Shown: positions 61,002 to 64,000 of the stretch, one piece after another
How positions within the stretch are numbered: the first letter of the stretch is position 1
Layout: each line of letters starts with the position of its first letter
Source of the DNA: Candidatus Heimdallarchaeota archaeon
GTDB lineage: Archaea > Asgardarchaeota > Heimdallarchaeia > Heimdallarchaeales > Heimdallarchaeaceae
NCBI GenBank assembly: GCA_030603365.1
Contig: JAUVXV010000011.1
Coordinates: 1-64,000 of the forward strand
Direction: 5' to 3'
Length of the DNA: 64,000 nt
Made by a program: the position numbers and the translations under genes
Notes under the pieces: model-generated
The model's database searches: none
What the model was told of the DNA's origin: nothing
What the model saw: only the letters and a program-made list of their open reading frames with translations

Positions 61002-61229
61002 TCAAACTAACATTGCTGAAAAACCCAAAGCAACTATTATTGCTTTGATTTTATTTGTGGTAATTTTGTCTGGGTTTATATCTACTGTTGCAGTTTTTTC
61101 TTTAAAACTAACTTCTGCAGAATCAATCCCACATGTATACCCTAAAGCAAGACTAATTTTCCTTGCGCATTTAGTACAATGCATATCAGGAATTTCATAA
61201 ACACATAGCATCTTAAACACTCTAATCAA
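61002..61229 (-). CDS. Second HMA-domain protein
   Basis: DMHCTKC..IVALGF. Confidence 0.75.
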   Translation of the reverse strand: MIRVFKMLCVYEIPDMHCTKCARKISLALGYTCGIDSAEVSFKEKTATVDINPDKITTNKIKAIIVALGFSAMLV

Positions 61230-61316
61230 TTAGTAATATATACCCTTTTTAAACTAGGTATTCCACCATAATTCAAAAAAGTAGCATTTTTAGAATGATT
61301 TTTCATATAATTATGA

Positions 61317-63098
61317 TTAGATTCTTAGACTTCTGTTAAGTGCTTGAATTTTCTCTTTATTGAATTTCAAAACCTCTCGATCATAAGATAATAAACCGTT
61401 TATTTCTCCTTCTACATCAGTAGTTTGAGTATAAACTGCTGAGCTCAATCCTTCAGGGATGAGTTTTTTAGTTTCTTCTATTATTCTTTCATAATTCAGC
61501 CAGAGTTCTTCCATTGTTGGGTATTTCTTATAGGACCATTTGAATTTCTTATTCCACATATGGTCCTTAACACTCAGCCCTAAACCTCCAAATTCTCCTA
61601 GAACTGCAATTCTATCATCGTTTTCTAGATTTGGGATTGTTGGGCCTGGATAAAGATGAATATCATTCATATCACCAGTCTTCTTATCTAACCATCCACT
61701 AGCACTATTGATCAAGCGAGTATTATCCAGCGCACGAATATAATCGGTCACTTTTCTGGTTTCAAACTGTCCCCAACCTTCATTAAACGGAACCCAAGCA
61801 GCGATAGAGGGATGATTATAAAGAGAATCAATCATCGATTTTAATTCAGAGTAAAATTGATTTTTTACTGATTTCTTCTTTCTACCATTTCTTAGTTTGA
61901 ATTTACCTCTGAATAGAAGGTATCCGAAAACCCCATAGAATTCATGACCTCCATTTGGCATGTCTTGCCAGACCATCATTCCTAATCGATCACAATGATA
62001 GTACCATCGAGCAGGTTCTGTTTTAAGATGCTTTCTTATCATATTAAAACCAAGTTCTTTAGTTATCTCTATGTCATACACCAAAGCTTCTTCAGTTGGA
62101 GCTGTATAGAGACCATCAGGCCAATAACCTTGATCCAATGTTCCAAACATGAAGATAGGTTCTCCATTAAGAAGGATGCGAGGGATATTATTTTCATCTT
62201 TACCATAAGCAAATTCTCGCATAGCAAAATAGCTTTCAATCCTATCAATTAGTTCTCCTTTCCTTTCTAAAGACAAATTAAGATTATAGAGAAAGGGTTT
62301 ATCAGGTTGCCAAAGTGTAGCTTCAGGGATGTCTAGAATTATTTTCTCATCAATTGCACTTTCTACTTTTGTGATAACTCGATCACTTGTTCTTACAGTA
62401 GCATTAATAATATCATCAGATTTGTTTTTTATTCCAGTTAGGGTTAAGATGAGTTTTTCATCATGAATATTAGGTATCATGAAAACCCTATCAATTCTGC
62501 TTCTAGAAACAGGTTCAATCCATACAGTTTGCCAAATACCGGAAACAGCTGTATAAAATGCTGCAAATGGTTTTAATACCTGTTTTCCTCTTTCTTGTTT
62601 TCCTCTATTAGTTGGATCCCAAACAGAGACAACAATTACATTCTCATCTCTAAATCTAGCATATTTAGAAATTTCAAAATAAAAAGGAACATAACCACCT
62701 CTGTGTTCTCCAACAAATTGTCCGTTAACCCACACTCTAGTTTCCCAATCAACTGCTCCAAAATGAAGAAGAAGATCTTGTTCTTTCCATGCTTCAGGCA
62801 GTTCAAAAGTACGACGATACCATAATTTCTGATTTGGTTTGAGTTTCTTTTTTACTCCAGATAATGCTGATTCAACAGCAAATGGTACTAAAATTTTTCC
62901 TTCAAAAGAAGAAGGTTTATCGTTATTTTTTGGTTGAATAGAATAATCCCATAATCCATTGAGGTTCAACCATGCATCTCGTTTAAATTGAGGTCTTGGG
63001 TATTCAGGCAAAGGTGATTCTGGATTAACGTCTTTACTCCACTTAGACATAATTTCTCCTTCAACAGGAACCCAATCTTCAAACAGCTTTTCTGACAT
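61317..63098 (-). CDS. GH2 glycoside hydrolase (beta-galactosidase-like)
   Basis: EYPRPQ, HFGAVD, LDQGYWPDG, RKH, PFNE, GEFGG motifs. Confidence 0.92.
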   Translation of the reverse strand: MSEKLFEDWVPVEGEIMSKWSKDVNPESPLPEYPRPQFKRDAWLNLNGLWDYSIQPKNNDKPSSFEGKILVPFAVESALSGVKKKLKPNQKLWYRRTFELPEAWKEQDLLLHFGAVDWETRVWVNGQFVGEHRGGYVPFYFEISKYARFRDENVIVVSVWDPTNRGKQERGKQVLKPFAAFYTAVSGIWQTVWIEPVSRSRIDRVFMIPNIHDEKLILTLTGIKNKSDDIINATVRTSDRVITKVESAIDEKIILDIPEATLWQPDKPFLYNLNLSLERKGELIDRIESYFAMREFAYGKDENNIPRILLNGEPIFMFGTLDQGYWPDGLYTAPTEEALVYDIEITKELGFNMIRKHLKTEPARWYYHCDRLGMMVWQDMPNGGHEFYGVFGYLLFRGKFKLRNGRKKKSVKNQFYSELKSMIDSLYNHPSIAAWVPFNEGWGQFETRKVTDYIRALDNTRLINSASGWLDKKTGDMNDIHLYPGPTIPNLENDDRIAVLGEFGGLGLSVKDHMWNKKFKWSYKKYPTMEELWLNYERIIEETKKLIPEGLSSAVYTQTTDVEGEINGLLSYDREVLKFNKEKIQALNRSLRI

Positions 63099-63153
63099 TG
63101 AGCAAGAAAAAATAAACAAGTTGAAAAGTCTTATGGAGGAAAGTTTTTGATAT

Positions 63154-63360
63154 TTATTCGTCTTTAAAACTGAATTCAAGATCCATACTGCCAGTAAATA
63201 GATTTACAAATTGAGTGCTGCGTTTATCTTCGGGAACGTTTTCTCTATCCATTTCATCCTTGATTTCTTCTTTAAGCTCCGCTAACTCTTTATTGGTGTT
63301 AAATATTATTTCATTTAACATTAAGATGTGGCGTAGTTTACTAACTTTTACTGTGGACAC
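63154..63360 (-). CDS. Hypothetical protein, probably the 3' part of a disrupted longer gene
   Basis: The frame stays open upstream to ~63498 without a start codon. Confidence 0.35.
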   Translation of the reverse strand: MSTVKVSKLRHILMLNEIIFNTNKELAELKEEIKDEMDRENVPEDKRSTQFVNLFTGSMDLEFSFKDE

Positions 63361-63841
63361 ATAAACGCCTGTATCTAAAGGAGGAAGAACAATTGAATTG
63401 ATAATTTTCTCATGTACTTCTTTTTCTTCATTCTTTTTATTGTTACTTCTAGAAATTTCTTTATTGATATCATCTCCAAATTGGCTTTTAAAGCAGTATT
63501 AGTTTTCATCTCTCAGCTTTAACCTTTCAGCTTAAACTATTCACTTTTCACTTTCAATTTTCTACTTCGAAATTTGACAATTCAAAGACATCATTTCTCC
63601 CTTAAACTTGCATTTCAGCCTCTTAAACTGATGATTTTCAAAATTCCTTAATAAAGGTGAGTTTTACTGTAGTTCAACAAATAAGGTGAAGTGAAAAAAA
63701 TGAAAATAATCTCAAAACCCAGAAAAACCCGAACTGAAAGAATTGAATATTGGTCATTTGGTGGTCACTTTTTCTCATCACTCTCTAATAAGGTGACCAG
63801 TAATAGTTCAATTAGAAAGTAAAAGTGCTTAAGGTGCTTAA

Positions 63842-64000
63842 ATGGAAAATAATCAGGCAGATACTGAAATTCAAAATGATTTAAGCACTGAGAAAAAGAA
63901 AACCAACCCTTTGGTTCTTCTGAAGAGTTGGGATTTCTCAGCATTATTTCTTGGTGGTTTTATTAGTAATGTAGGCTCATACTTTACTAGCGTTGCAATA
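63842..64000 (+). CDS. MFS transporter, N-terminal part (runs off the window)
   Basis: MENNQ..DFSALFLGGFISNVGSYFTSVAI resembles the first helix of DHA3-like MFS proteins. Confidence 0.7.
   Translation, partial: MENNQADTEIQNDLSTEKKKTNPLVLLKSWDFSALFLGGFISNVGSYFTSVAI

Noticed and set aside
60982-61200. 72-aa plus-strand ORF
   Set aside because: Antisense to the HMA-domain gene, which has a clear MxCxxC motif.

Overview
AT-rich 64-kb window with two parts. Bases 1 to ~4.3 kb look bacterial (strong AAGGAG RBSs). They hold the 3' end of a group II intron overlapping the start of a nifU-like gene, an IS1182-like element, an XRE pseudogene and a DUF4386 gene. The rest looks archaeal (BRE/TATA promoters, leaderless starts, PEF-CTERM-type anchors), probably Asgard/Heimdallarchaeia-like; this is inference, not a search result. 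From 4.3 to 43 kb is an accessory region. It contains seven zinc-independent MDR oxidoreductase genes plus remnants, mixed with small-molecule tailoring genes, and a solo TnpB element. Its 32-43 kb part has four M28 peptidase copies or fragments, a 133-bp direct repeat, a MITE-like element, a beta-helix gene with hypervariable 69-bp repeats and an eighth MDR. A co-oriented ~25-bp motif (AAGAAGGTATGTTGACAACAAGGTT) sits between unrelated genes there, like cassette boundaries. The last 20 kb is more ordinary: Pfk, GNAT, AKR, zinc-ribbon/Cys-tail membrane proteins, an orphan DNA MTase, LplA, CopA/CopZ, GH2 and the start of an MFS gene. The top candidates for an undescribed system are the motif-delimited cassette-like array, the mosaic MDR array, and the intron domain VI that carries and sequesters an RBS and AUG for its host gene. 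No CRISPR, rRNA or tRNA was seen. All family calls come from motif recognition by eye.
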